This document shows positions 30,266 through 42,102 of a DNA stretch of 64,000 nucleotides, one piece after another. Location: NCBI GenBank assembly GCA_951406725.2, contig OX597837.1:9362001-9426000 (forward strand), in the 5' to 3' direction. The translations under genes were made by a program, and so were the position numbers. Every line of letters begins with the position of its first letter. Positions within the stretch are counted from its first letter, which is position 1. This stretch comes from Octopus vulgaris. Its lineage: Eukaryota. The notes beneath the pieces are model-generated. The model saw nothing but the letters and a program-made list of their open reading frames with translations, was not told the origin of the DNA and made no database searches.

Positions 30266-30979
30266 TTCAAAGATCTTAGCTTTTATCTATGTACAAGCAC
30301 AGGCAGTTTTCCACGCCACATGATGGATAGACTTTTAGGTCGACATGATCAAGATGTTCAAACTTTAGCGAAGTGATGAGATTTACATTATGCCAATCTC
30401 ACAAGTCGAAACCACGGTTCACCGTTCTTGTCAATGATATTAATAGAGAATATTTGACGGAGGTACAAAGACGACCTGGTGTAAATATACATTTCCCTAC
30501 ATCACATCTTTTCACTTGCGTATGAATAGGGTCACTAAATGATGCCGAAGAGCAAGCAACACGTTATTTCATTTCCTCGAACGTAACATCAAACACAAGC
30601 ATCTCTTCAATTATCGGCTATTGTCTTCATCATTAACAATGGTGATTCCATAGGAACGGAGAGAGATGTGGAGAGAAAGAAAGACAGAGAGAGAGAGAGT
30701 GGAGTAGTGAGGTATATTGATCCAGAGATGATGAAATACATTAATAGTCCCTCAATGTGGTCGCTAATTTCCTTTTATTAATCCACTGAGTCAAATATCA
30801 AATTAGTAATTAATATTCGATATAGCTTAACGTCAATGGATTCTCAGAATTGTTAGGAACTGCAGAGAAAATTCTTTGGGGTATTTAGTTATGCCTCGTT
30901 GGTTCGAATCCTACAACGGTCTGATTTCCTTAATTTATCATTGTTTGACCTTATCTAAGAAACGCTGATTAACCTGCAT

Positions 30980-31215
30980 TTGTCTCAGTCATTAGACTGC
31001 GGCCATACTGGGGCACCGCCTTAAAGAATATTTAGTCGAGTGGATACAGCATAGTACTTTGTTTTGGGTTTGTAACCGTGGTACTTATTCTATCGGTCAA
31101 TTTACGAACCGCTAATTTACGGGGTTGTAAACACACCGGTTGTGAAGCGTTGGTGGGGGAAAACATAGAAACAATGACACACACACACATACACATCTAT
31201 ATATACATATGTATC

Positions 31216-31267
<52 letters not shown>

Positions 31268-31580
31268 CAGGTTTGACTGTGGTAAGAAGATGGCTTCTTA
31301 ACCACATGGTTCCAGGTTCACTCCCACTGCGTGGTACCTTGGGCGAGTGTGTTCTCCTATAGCCTCGAGCCGACCACAACCTTGTGCGTGGATTTGGTAG
31401 ACAGAAATTGAAAGTTGCCCGATGTTGGTGTTTTTACGTCCCCGTAACTTAGCGGATCGGCAAAAGAATCGATAGAATAAGTACTTGGCTTACAAAGAAT
31501 AAGTTTTGGGGTCGATTTATCAAACACTTTAAGCCGAAGCTCCAGCATGGACGCAATCAAATGACTGAAACACATTGAAA
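30980..31580. mobile_element. Two SINE family A copies in opposite orientation
   Basis: Minus-strand tail 30980-31200; plus-strand copy 31277-31580. Confidence 0.75.
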
Positions 31581-32039
31581 GATATATAAATATACATAGT
31601 ATAAGTACATACGTATAATTATATATATACACACACATGTATGTATCTATATATGTATGTATCTATGTATGTATGTATGCATGTATGTATGTATATAAAT
31701 ATATATACACTCCTCCACACTCCAACACCACCACAACACACCACACACCACCACACCACACACCACCAAACCATACACCACCACATTCCACTCCACCATA
31801 TCACACCACACCACATCACACCACCCGCACACACTAGCACTAACCACTTTCCAGTACCTACACCATCATCCACACACCTACACATGCACACACGCACGGG
31901 TCAATGTCACCAGCCCCCTTCCACACGCACATACAGGCTCTCACATACACACACAGGCGAACCTTCGTTTTGAGATCATCACTACTTTATGATCTCCCCT
32001 TCTTCCTAGCTCTCTTGTGTGACCCCTCTGTCTAGCATT

Positions 32040-32251
32040 CGCCATGATAGATCGCTAGCTACTAAACCTTTTCCTATTTTCTCTCCCTGTTTATTTATGT
32101 GTTCCTTATTATGTTTCCTTATTTATGTGTTCAGTCGAAGAGCGTAGGCTCGAAATGTAAAAGACATTCCCAGTTCCCGTGCGTTAAACTAATACATCTG
32201 TTTGTTGTTTACACACCCGTCTTCGTCTTTTGTTTCTTGTAAATTTTCACT
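32040..32251 (+). mobile_element. ~200-bp (TA)n-associated element, family D (degenerate hammerhead motif)
   Basis: gaagagcgtaggctcgaaatgtaaaagac ... actaatacatctgtttg; homologous to 41929, 51205 and 60963. Confidence 0.8.
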
Positions 32252-32478
32252 ATATACATATATATATATATATATATAGCAATAATAATTCTCTAAATGA
32301 GATATAGACAGTGACTGCTCCATAATATAAGGGACATTAGCCAACTGAATATGGCTAGGGACAGGGCAGGGTGGTGAGGGTGTCACTGTTGCATTTAGCC
32401 CCAGGCGAACATCAACGTCACCAGATAGGCCGACGCCATCACGGCGTCCTCTATCTTGCAAAGGGAGATCATTCCCCA

Positions 32479-32553
32479 AGAAGCGGATGCCACACACGGA
32501 CCTAGGTTTCAAGGTGTATTGCCTATTATCAACGTGTGGTAGGCACCGCTTTT
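32479..32553 (-). ncRNA. Type I hammerhead ribozyme (U3-A8 variant), inverted monomer
   Basis: Reverse complement of 32745-32819. Confidence 0.75.
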
Positions 32554-32744
32554 CGACGAACGACTCACCGTGCAAGATATATATAAAGATTTTCAAGTAA
32601 ATACATTTACTAATTTCGAAAATCTGTTCGACTGTCTATATCTCATTTAGAGAATTATTATTGCTGTCGAACAGATTTTCGAAATTAGTAAATGTATTTA
32701 CTTGAAAATCTTTATATATATCTTGCACGGTGAGTCGTTCGTCG

Positions 32745-32819
32745 AGAAGCGGTGCCTACCACACGTTGATAATAGGCAATACACCTTGAAACCTAGGTCC
32801 GTGTGTGGCATCCGCTTCT
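32745..32819 (+). ncRNA. Type I hammerhead ribozyme (U3-A8 variant)
   Basis: Stem I cacacg/cgtgtg extended by agaagcggtgcc/ggcatccgcttct; core UUGAUAA (32766-32772); stem II agg-caataca-cct; GAAA (32788-32791); palindromic stem III ACCUAGGU; GUC cleavage predicted after 32799. Confidence 0.78.
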
Positions 32820-33099
32820 TGGGGAATGATCTCCCTTTGCAAGATAGAGGACGCCGTGATGGCGTCGGCCTATCTGGTGACGTTGATGTTCGCCTGGGGC
32901 TAAATGCAACAGTGACACCCCCACCACCCTGCCCTGTCCCTAGCCATATTCAGTTGGCTAATGTCCCTTATATTATGGAGCAGTCACTGTCTATATCTCA
33001 TTTAGAGAATTATTATTGCTGTCGAACAGATTTTCGAAATCAGTAAATGTATTTACTTGAAAATCTTTATATATATCTTGCACGGTGAGTCGTTCGTCG

Positions 33100-33174
33100 A
33101 GAAGCGGTGCCTACCACACGTTGATAATAGGCAATACACCTTGAAACCTAGGTCCGTGTGTGGCATCCGCTTCT
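33100..33174 (+). ncRNA. Type I hammerhead ribozyme, monomer 2
   Basis: Identical to 32745-32819. Confidence 0.78.
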
Positions 33175-33454
33175 TGGGGAATGATCTCCCTTTGCAAGAT
33201 AGAGGACGCCGTGATGGCGTCGGCCTATCTGGTGACGTTGATGTTCGCCTGGGGCTAAATGCAACAGTGACACCCCCACCACCCTGCCCTGTCCCTAGCC
33301 ATATTCAGTTGGCTAATGTCCCTTATATTATGGAGCAGTCACTGTCTATATCTCATTTAGAGAATTATTATTGCTGTCGAACAGATTTTCGAAATCAGTA
33401 AATGTATTTACTTGAAAATCTTTATATATATCTTGCACGGTGAGTCGTTCGTCG

Positions 33455-33529
33455 AGAAGCGGTGCCTACCACACGTTGATAATAGGCAATACACCTTGAA
33501 ACCTAGGTCCGTGTGTGGCATCCGCTTCT
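33455..33529 (+). ncRNA. Type I hammerhead ribozyme, monomer 3
   Basis: Identical to 32745-32819. Confidence 0.78.
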
Positions 33530-33677
33530 TGGGAATGATCTCCCTTTGCAAGATAGAGGACGCCGCGATGGCGTCGGCCTATCTGGTGACGTTGATGTTC
33601 GCCTGGGGCTAAATGCAACAGTGACACCCCCACCACCCTGCCCTGTCCCTAGCCATATTCAGTTGGCTAATGTCCCT

Positions 33678-33747
<70 letters not shown>

Positions 33748-33791
33748 GTAATTATATGTAGATACTCATACACATCTCTCCCTTTCATTCA

Positions 33792-33841
<50 letters not shown>

Positions 33842-34297
33842 CTAGATAGATAGATATAGATATATACACATACACACACATACATGTTTTCAGTATCGGA
33901 GCATTGTTAAAATTTCAATTAAAACTGTTTGATTAATTCAAATTTTTGAAATATTATTTAGAAAATAATTCTACTGCATTGTCTCAATATATTTTTCCAA
34001 CAGAACGACATTGAAGCAATTAACTCATACATTTGCATACCTTCCAACATTTCCGTATATAACATTCTTTTGTCTCTGTTTATTGTTCTACAAATAAAGA
34101 TTTTTTCCAATTTTTCAACATATACTTAGAAATAATATGTACCTATTAAATGTATTATATTATACGTGTTATATTAATATATATGTCATATGTAATATAT
34201 ATACACTTACACAGATTATTCTATGTGTATATGTAAGATAATACAATATAATATAATATAATATAGTATTATATATATATATTTATATACATATATA

Positions 34298-34340
<43 letters not shown>

Positions 34341-34859
34341 GTAGGTTATTTTATATTCTTTCCTGTGTTGTATCTGTTGAGGACATTATCTCATCGCTTT
34401 GGACGAAGTGTTAATTTCTTTCATTAGTTCTTTAACTAATAAACACTACATTGATTTGAGACAGAATTATCTACTTGGTATATTCAAGTGGGTGTGTATA
34501 TTACTAAAAACAAAGAAAAAATCTTTATGAAGGTATGCGTGTATGTATGTATGTATATTATTTTACTCATTTCTCTTTTTGCACGATCGTCTTGCTGCGT
34601 CGCCACCGTTTTAAATGGTTTTAAAGACTCCAAAACTAATCGAGTCCAATACGTATTTCTTTTAAATCCCTGTGTTTACTCTGAAGGTCTTTTTGAGCGA
34701 GCTTGTAACTTTAGGGGTCGTATACAAACAGACACCGGTTGTGGAGCAGTGGTTGGATTAAAACATGAACACAGAGACACAGAAGCACCCATACATACAG
34801 GCACACTCACTCTGTTTTCCTCTCTCCACACACACACACATACACACACATACATATAT

Positions 34860-35025
34860 ATCACCGTGATCACCGTGACCGACCAGGCTATCAGATGTTG
34901 CTACACATCGCTGGTCACAATGCGCTTCGCATAGTTTTAGCCTTCAAATGACGCCACCCCGCTGGCTAATCGAGCAGGCCAACAGAAGAAAGAGTGAGAG
35001 AAAGTTGTGGCGAAAGAGTACAGCA
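34860..35025 (-). mobile_element. SINE family C 3' half (tail type 1)
   Basis: Reverse complement of 8320-8436 plus terminal (gtgatcacg) repeats. Confidence 0.8.
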
Positions 35026-35296
35026 AAGAGGCGTACTGGGGTCGATCTAATCGACTGGGTCCCTCCCCGAAATTTTCAGGCTGGAAGTACTGGAATTTTC
35101 TATTATGGAGCTTTAGGTTTAACATGAATGTTTTGAAAAAGAAAACGAATGTCTTTTCGACTTGAAAATCTAATGATATCATTCTATATGAATTTTCAAC
35201 ACTGTACACACACACACAAACCACGCATATATATATATATATAGATATATATATAGATATATAGATATATAGATAGATATATTTATATATACATAG

Positions 35297-35344
<48 letters not shown>

Positions 35345-35345
<1 letters not shown>

Positions 35346-36000
35346 CAATTTGTTTATTGGATACTAATTTAAATTTAAAACTAGTAGAAGAAAGAAAATT
35401 TCAATAATAAAGTTAGTGCATGGAGCTAAAGTAAAATATATTCCGATTAAGAACGTAGAAGGATTTATGTCCAGTAAAGATACAATGGGTATACTAAGGT
35501 AAATAAAATTTAAAAGTTAATTGAGTTTGTATTAAATAATGCATACATTTTGTTTCCGAGTAAACTTTTTAGACAAGTTAGCGGCATTCCCATGGGGGTA
35601 ATGGTAGTCCTTTCTTAGCTGACTTACAATTAGCATCTTTTAAATTTAGTTTTCTCAGTGATTTATGGAGAAGAAAGAAATTAGTTCTACTTAGACGACA
35701 GCTTAGTGGCTGTTGTATATATGTAGGCGATATCTTTTCGTTTAAATTATAGGCTCTTTCAAGGTTTATTATTTAAAATTTACTCTAGGGATTTGAAGAT
35801 TTGCAAGTGTGGTAAGGATGTTAAAAAGATGAATTACCTGGCCAGTTAGATTGAGATTTGTAACAAATCTATGTTACTACTGTGTACAATTGTACTATAA
35901 GTCAATAAGAGATGTGAGTTTAAGTTTCAAGTGCCAGCGATGCTTTCCGCTGATAGCTGCACTTTTAGTATATTAGGATATTATAAAGTTTGGTAAAATA
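35345..36000 (+). pseudogene. Penelope-like element RT fragment
   Basis: KLIEFVLNNAYILFPSKLFRQVSGIPMG-(fs)-NGSPFLADLQLA...-(fs)-YLDD...IYSRDLKI...NYL...NKRCEFKFQV; matches the PLE motifs GIPMGxxxSPxLAxL, YIDD, IYPxEL and YDKRDDFxF. Confidence 0.75.
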
Positions 36001-36040
36001 ATGAGTAGAAAAGAAATAGTTTTGTTGTTACAAATATCCT

Positions 36041-36198
36041 TCCTGAATGGTCCTAGGGGCATCGGTGCCTGAGGTGGCTCTTCAGGCAAACGGTGGCATA
36101 GAGAACCTCACCGCCGTGATAAATGCCCACGGCTTCTCTATACCATCGTTTGCCTGAACAGCCACCTCAGGCACCGATGCCCTTCGAAGCCTTCAGGA
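36041..36198. repeat. GC-rich foldback, ~50-65-bp arms
   Basis: ggggcatcggtgcctgaggtggctcttcaggcaaacggtggcatagagaa / ttctctataccatcgtttgcctgaacagccacctcaggcaccgatgccc. Confidence 0.9.
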
Positions 36199-37658
36199 GG
36201 AAGATGCCCAATTACTCTCTATTGATCTGCTACTCGATTACGAGTTAACACCGACGATTGTAAACGTTTAAACTTAAAGAGACCTGATGTAAATGACCTG
36301 AGATCTATCGCATTCCAAGCGTGACTATTCCACAGATTTTTATTTTTCGTCTGACATATGCCGCAGTCTAAATTGTTCGATATGCTTTTTGTGTTTAAGA
36401 CAACAGATTGTTTTTACGGAGAATGTGTCTTATTTCTAGCAAGGTGAGTGACAGTATTGGAACCCATCAACCACGTTGGCTAGGTTGTAGCCTCCCCTTG
36501 TGTGACTGTGAGATGTATTAACAGGGGGACTTGGTTGCTATTTCTTGCACATCATACAGAAACACGTCCATTGGTACATGCCATTGATAGTCAGCTCTCG
36601 TCAGATTCAGCAAAAGTAAATTAATTGATATTCATTCATTTAATCTGTTGAAGATAAGAAAAGAGACTGGCAAACAGACAAGCAGAGAGATTTGTAACTG
36701 TATCAAAGACACAGGCATATAAATCACTCATTAATTTAGTCAGTCAATCAGTAATTTAATCAACCAATCATTAATTTAATCAATCAATCATTCAATTTAT
36801 TAATTATACAATCATTCAATGAATCAATCAGTCAGTTAAGAACGGTGGACGGAACAAAACCTATTTAACTCTCGTGGAACAAATTAATTAGTGACAGCAG
36901 GGAGGTTTTCCATGGGATGACATCTGCAGAGATAACATATAGTTAAGTGCATGCTAACATAATGTAGTGAACTCCTATCTCGAGTTTCCAATCAATTCAA
37001 AATTGCATCGGTAATGAGAAGGAAGCTCATTAGTGATAAAACTATTCTTGTAAGACTGGAAAAGAGAGAACTACGGAATTGAAATTAATTAAAATTAAGC
37101 GATTTAATGTCTGAGTCATAGAAAGGAAACGTACAAGAAGATCATTCCCTCTGTTATAAAATTCAACGAGGGCTCTTCAAATAAAAAAAAAAAGAAATAA
37201 ACAGGTCCTGTAATAAAATAAAAGACCGTATTAGATGTTATAGTTCTAACTATGTAAATTGCAATTTATGCAAATGTGGGAAAAACATTTTATTTAACGG
37301 ACAAATATCGTTCCAATCGCTTATATTGGGAGACTGTCTTCCGCTGTACAAAGAGACTTCTCAACATAATCAACACCTGAAGCGATGTGTTTGCCTCATC
37401 CTTGAAACCAACTCTCAGAATCAACTTTAACAAAATTCATTTGTGTATTTCTTCACTTCATCTCTGTCATCGTATCGTAATCCCTGACGATTGCCCTTCA
37501 TTGAAACAAACAGGCGGTAGTTGAAGGGTAATACATTTAGGAGGGGAAACGTTGCCGACGCAATTCGCTAGTTGTATATTTTGCTGCCAAAGGATATGTA
37601 TTGTATGATCGAGCAAATCATGGGTGAATGTGTGAAAGCTCATGGCTTAGTGGTTAGA

Positions 37659-38420
37659 ATAAAAGGGTGCCATACCTCTTCTGCGAGGCCGAAGAATTTC
37701 AAGAGCCAGCGAACCGCAGAGAAAGTCACGATGATTCTTTTGCGGGATGACAAGGATGTAATTCTCTTCATTTGGATGGAATGTCGTTGCACACTGAACT
37801 GCAATTAGTACTCTGTAACTAAAAAATAATTAGTGGATCTATTAAGAAGAAGAAAATTAAGAAGAACCTAAAAATGATCCTCATTCAGCCTGAACTGGTT
37901 CTCCGTTTGCTAACGACGATTTCACTCACGATTGTGTGTTCGATATCCGGCGCCGAGCTGTGTCCTTGAGCAAGACTCTCTATTTCAGTTGCTCCAGTCC
38001 ACTCAGCTGGCAAAAACGAATCATACCTGTAATTCAAAACGGACAGCCTTGTCACATCCTCTGACCCACTGAAGAGCTAAGTCAAGTGTATTTCTCAACC
38101 ACTTGGACGATAATTTCACCAGCAATTTGTTCCGTTGATGAGACAAACTAGAATGCTCATCGTCGTTAGTAAACGGAGAACCAGTTCAGGCTGATGAGGA
38201 TCATTTTTAGGATCTTGTTCATTTTGTTCCTCTTAATAGATCCACTAATTATTTTTTAGTTACAGAGTACTAATTGCAGTTCAGAGTGCAACGAAATTCC
38301 ATCCAAATGAAGAAAATTACGTCCTTGTCATCAAGCAAAAAGAACCATCGTCAATTTCTTTGCGGCTCGCTGGCCCTTGAACCCCTTCGGCCTCGGAGAA
38401 GAGGTATGGCACCATTTTAT
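37659..38420. repeat. ~260-bp inverted duplication (37659-37920 / 38159-38420) around a SINE body
   Basis: tgcaattagtactctgtaactaaaaaataattagtggatctattaaga and its exact reverse complement; flanking arm sequence moderately diverged. Confidence 0.92.
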
Positions 38421-38510
38421 GGACTGAGTCTTCCTGTTCGTATAATATAGATACAACTACGTTTCCTATTCTGCCAAGAAATCGGAGGAAAACTGTCTTC
38501 TTCAAACATT
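38250..38510 (-). pseudogene. mariner transposase fragment
   Basis: QSIKWCHTSSPRPKGFKGQRAAKKLTMV (duplicate reads HTSSARPKNFKSQRTAEKVTMILLRDDKDVI), resembling mariner WxHxxSPRPKKFKxQxSAGKVMxxVFWDxKGV. Confidence 0.65.
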
Positions 38511-38512
38511 TT

Positions 38513-38780
38513 CAGCAGGAGTGGCTGTGTGGTAAGTAGCTTGCTTACCGGCCACATGGTTCCGGGTTCAGTCCCACTGCGTGGCACCTTGAGCAAGTGT
38601 CTGCTGCTATAGTCTCGAGCCGAACAAAGCCTTGAGAGTGGATTTGGTAGGCGGAAACTGAAAGAAGCTCGTCGTATATATGTATATATGTATATATATA
38701 TATATGTATGTGTCTGTGTCTGTGTGTTTGTGTGTCTGTGCTTGTCTCCTCAACATCGCTTGACAACCGATGCTGGTTGA
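38513..38780 (+). mobile_element. SINE family A, 3'-truncated
   Basis: gcaggagtggctgtgtggtaagtagcttgc head. Confidence 0.85.
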
Positions 38781-39365
38781 GTAAAGAGTAAGAGTATATG
38801 AACTTTCCCGACCAATCATAAGTCCAAACTAAAAATATAGATATTAACTATGGAATGTGAACCTAACTCGCTCTATCTTTAATGCATAGCTGACATTAGG
38901 AATTCAATTGTGCTAATTGGAAAGGAATGGAGAAGAGACATTAAATACCAGGTGTTATATTTAATAATACCATATTGCAAATGAGATTTCAATAACTCCG
39001 TGAACAATTGACATGCAAGCGAAGCAAAGTTCTACCGACAACACCTATAATTTGCTGTCCATTTGACTTTGCAGCCAACTGGCAACCAATCAAAACCGAT
39101 ACACATATTCATGTGATTACAATTTCATTTCCAATCTTATGGGATTTCCAATATCGAACGACGATACGCGCGTAAACACACACACAAAACACTTACATAC
39201 ATATACATGCATACACACACACACACACACACACATACGTACCCGTGCGGACACACATAGTAACGACACAGTCGCAGCACATTCCAAATAAACACATGCA
39301 CATATGCACTCATTCGCTCCTTCATTCTATTCTTTCTTTGTTATCCATTCAGAGAAACAGATCAG

Positions 39366-39413
<48 letters not shown>

Positions 39414-39452
39414 AAACATAAATATATACATACATATATATATATATGCGTG

Positions 39453-39492
<40 letters not shown>

Positions 39493-39587
39493 TACATATA
39501 TTACTTATATATGCATATATAATCTTATACAATACAGACACTAATTGGATGTCCATTTCTGTATGATTCTCTAATTATATACATTCA

Positions 39588-39631
<44 letters not shown>

Positions 39632-40206
39632 TGTATATCCATAATTTTGTGTCTATATACACACATATATATATGCATATATATCCATGTAGACATGTAT
39701 ATTTATATATATGTATGTAGAGTATATATATATATATATTTATATATACATAAATATATACATACATACTTATATGTATGTATATATATACATATATACA
39801 CTCACACATTTGTATATATATATATGTAAATAATGTGAGGCAAAATATCAAGATGCATATCATACATTGTACAAACGTTAAATATTACCTGATAGAGAAC
39901 TCCCTGAGAATTGACTGAGTAGATTGGACAAATATATTTATATCAACAACTGCCAGTCAACACAAGTTTAACCGTTCTTTAATCGCGATAGCCACAATTA
40001 GCCAAGGGTGAAACCATAAATGTAATTGTATACGTCTGTCTTACAGACTGAAGTAGGAAGTGAAAGGAATACGATTCTCTCAAATGTAGCAGTTCTCATC
40101 GAGAAGAGATTGAGAGCGAAAACACCAAAGATCCAGTTCTTGTGAACTTATTTCTAAGACTTGAACAACAATGCTGCGGAAATAGAAAATCAGAGAGGTC
40201 AACTCA

Positions 40207-40298
<92 letters not shown>

Positions 40299-40415
40299 TA
40301 AATAAAATAAAATATATGCATATATATAAACATATGTACGTACCTACCTCTACATGTACATATACACGCATATATGAGTATATATATATTAACCCCGACT
40401 CAACCCGGGACCTAC

Positions 40416-40449
<34 letters not shown>

Positions 40450-40460
40450 ATATGTATATA

Positions 40461-40499
<39 letters not shown>

Positions 40500-40501
<2 letters not shown>

Positions 40502-40710
40502 TTTTATTCTTTTATTTCTTTCATTTGACTGTAGCCATGCTGGAGCACCACCTTTAGTCGAACCAATAGACCCCAGCGCTCACTCTTTCAAACCCTTGTA
40601 CTTATTCTATCAGTCTCTTTTGCTGAACCGCTTTTGTACGGGGACGTGAACACACCATCATCGGTTATCAAGCGATGGCGGGGAGACAAACACAGACACA
40701 AATACACACG
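40500..40710 (-). mobile_element. SINE family A tail half
   Basis: Reverse complement of the tail. Confidence 0.8.
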
Positions 40711-40771
<61 letters not shown>

Positions 40772-40772
<1 letters not shown>

Positions 40773-41160
40773 ATACAAAATGGGACAAAAACGTAAAACA
40801 TCCAGATAGACGATACAAAGTAAACAAGTTCGAGTCATTTGGAGTTTTCTTTCCTCAGTCGAATTCCAGATAATCTTTGCAATTTCGGCTGGTTGTTCCA
40901 ATCTGGCCATCCCCAAGTAAAAACTAAGTAAGAGCATTAGATTCCTTGGAAGAAAGTAGGGAAAACAAGGACGGAAAAATACGGAGAATGTTACACAAAT
41001 CCAAATAAGAGGACATGACAACAGGTGTCTTTCGACTAAGGAAGAATTAAATTAAGCTGGCGTTTGTGGAAGTAAAGCCTTACGGCAGGAATTCACGTTT
41101 CCACAGGCACAGGGAGGAATATAGATGTTGCACGTACGAATCTCGAACCAACGACAGGTT
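40772..41160. repeat. (TA)n-adjacent interspersed repeat (family shared with 18245-18372)
   Basis: Internal homology; starts directly after (TA)n; right boundary uncertain. Confidence 0.65.
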
Positions 41161-41213
41161 CATCGCTTATCTGCATTAAGTTTATAAAAAATTATCATTG
41201 TTAATTACAGATT

Positions 41214-41281
<68 letters not shown>

Positions 41282-41543
41282 CACACATGTATATATATTT
41301 ATACATATACATATAATCTCGCAAAATATGTGTCAGTGAAACCATTGTAAATATTGGCTCTGTATTGATGGTATGAATATGTTTAAATACCTAATTTGTC
41401 CCGTATGCTTGAAGTCTATGCGGTCATCTAATGAGAACGGTCTTCTTTTATAATTATGTAATGCTTTCATTGATGGATTAAAGGAGTCGCTCGAAACGTA
41501 TGTATATGTATACGCACACACACACACACACACACACATACAT

Positions 41544-41599
<56 letters not shown>

Positions 41600-41602
<3 letters not shown>

Positions 41603-41873
41603 ATTATTATTTGACGGAATAAAATCCAAACTTACAAGGACAAAAATCCTATTTAGAAATACTAAATAAAATTTCACACAATATATATATAGAAAATTAG
41701 AAAAAAAACACCTTTTAATCAATTCAAAATGAACAATTAAATTACACCATCTAGAAAATTACATATAATAGAAATATTAAAATCAAAATAACAATAAAAC
41801 GTCAATGATTAAGTAAATTGCAAAAAAAAAAAATAATAATAACATATAATTTGTCGAATAACGACACGTGATA

Positions 41874-41875
<2 letters not shown>
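41600..41875. mobile_element. AT-rich (TA)n-flanked element, family E
   Basis: Homologous to 62220-62450 (atcaattcaaaatgaa.aattaaattacaccatctagaaaattacatataatagaaa). Confidence 0.75.
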
Positions 41876-41928
<53 letters not shown>

Positions 41929-41931
<3 letters not shown>

Positions 41932-42102
41932 GCAATTTTTTTCTCTCCTTGTTTCTTTTCTGTGTATCTTTCTGCCGAAGAGCGTAGGCTCGAAACGTAA
42001 AAGACTTGTTTTATTTCTATTCCTGAGCGCTATACTAATACATTTGTTTGTTTGTACTCCATCTGCCTTCGTCTTTTGTTTATTTTCGTAAACCTTCCCG
42101 TT
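41929..42102 (+). mobile_element. Family D element with minimal hammerhead-like motif at 41967-42004
   Basis: tcttt-CUGCCGA-a-gagc(gtag)gctc-GAAA-cg-UA-aaaga; flanked by (TA)n on both sides. Confidence 0.75.

Larger units (their letters stand above)
32278..33685. mobile_element. Retrozyme-like array: one inverted 355-bp monomer (32278-32632) plus ~3 tandem monomers (32631-33685), flanked by (TA)n
   Basis: Period 355 (ORF starts at 32702, 33057, 33412); copies differ at only a handful of positions; one hammerhead per monomer. Confidence 0.88.

Noticed and set aside
32702-33401. Repeated 114-aa ORF (MKIFIYILHGES...) in the 355-bp monomer
   Set aside because: TTG start, no recognisable domain, frameshifted in monomer 3; the sequence is better explained by RNA structure
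32631-33685. CRISPR array or ordinary satellite interpretation
   Set aside because: No unique spacers and eukaryotic context; the short array with ribozyme and inverted arm fits a retro-mobilised element better
37484-37553. CUGACGA + hairpin + GAAACGUU hammerhead-like string
   Set aside because: 14 extra nt before GAAA and no stem I pairing
38192-38215. CUGAUGA followed by a ggatc/gatct hairpin
   Set aside because: No GAAA or stem III; not preserved in the duplicate arm
40870-40920. Minus-strand ggc...gcc-GAAA-ttgcaa with palindromic geometry
   Set aside because: No CUGAnGA and no UH cleavage site
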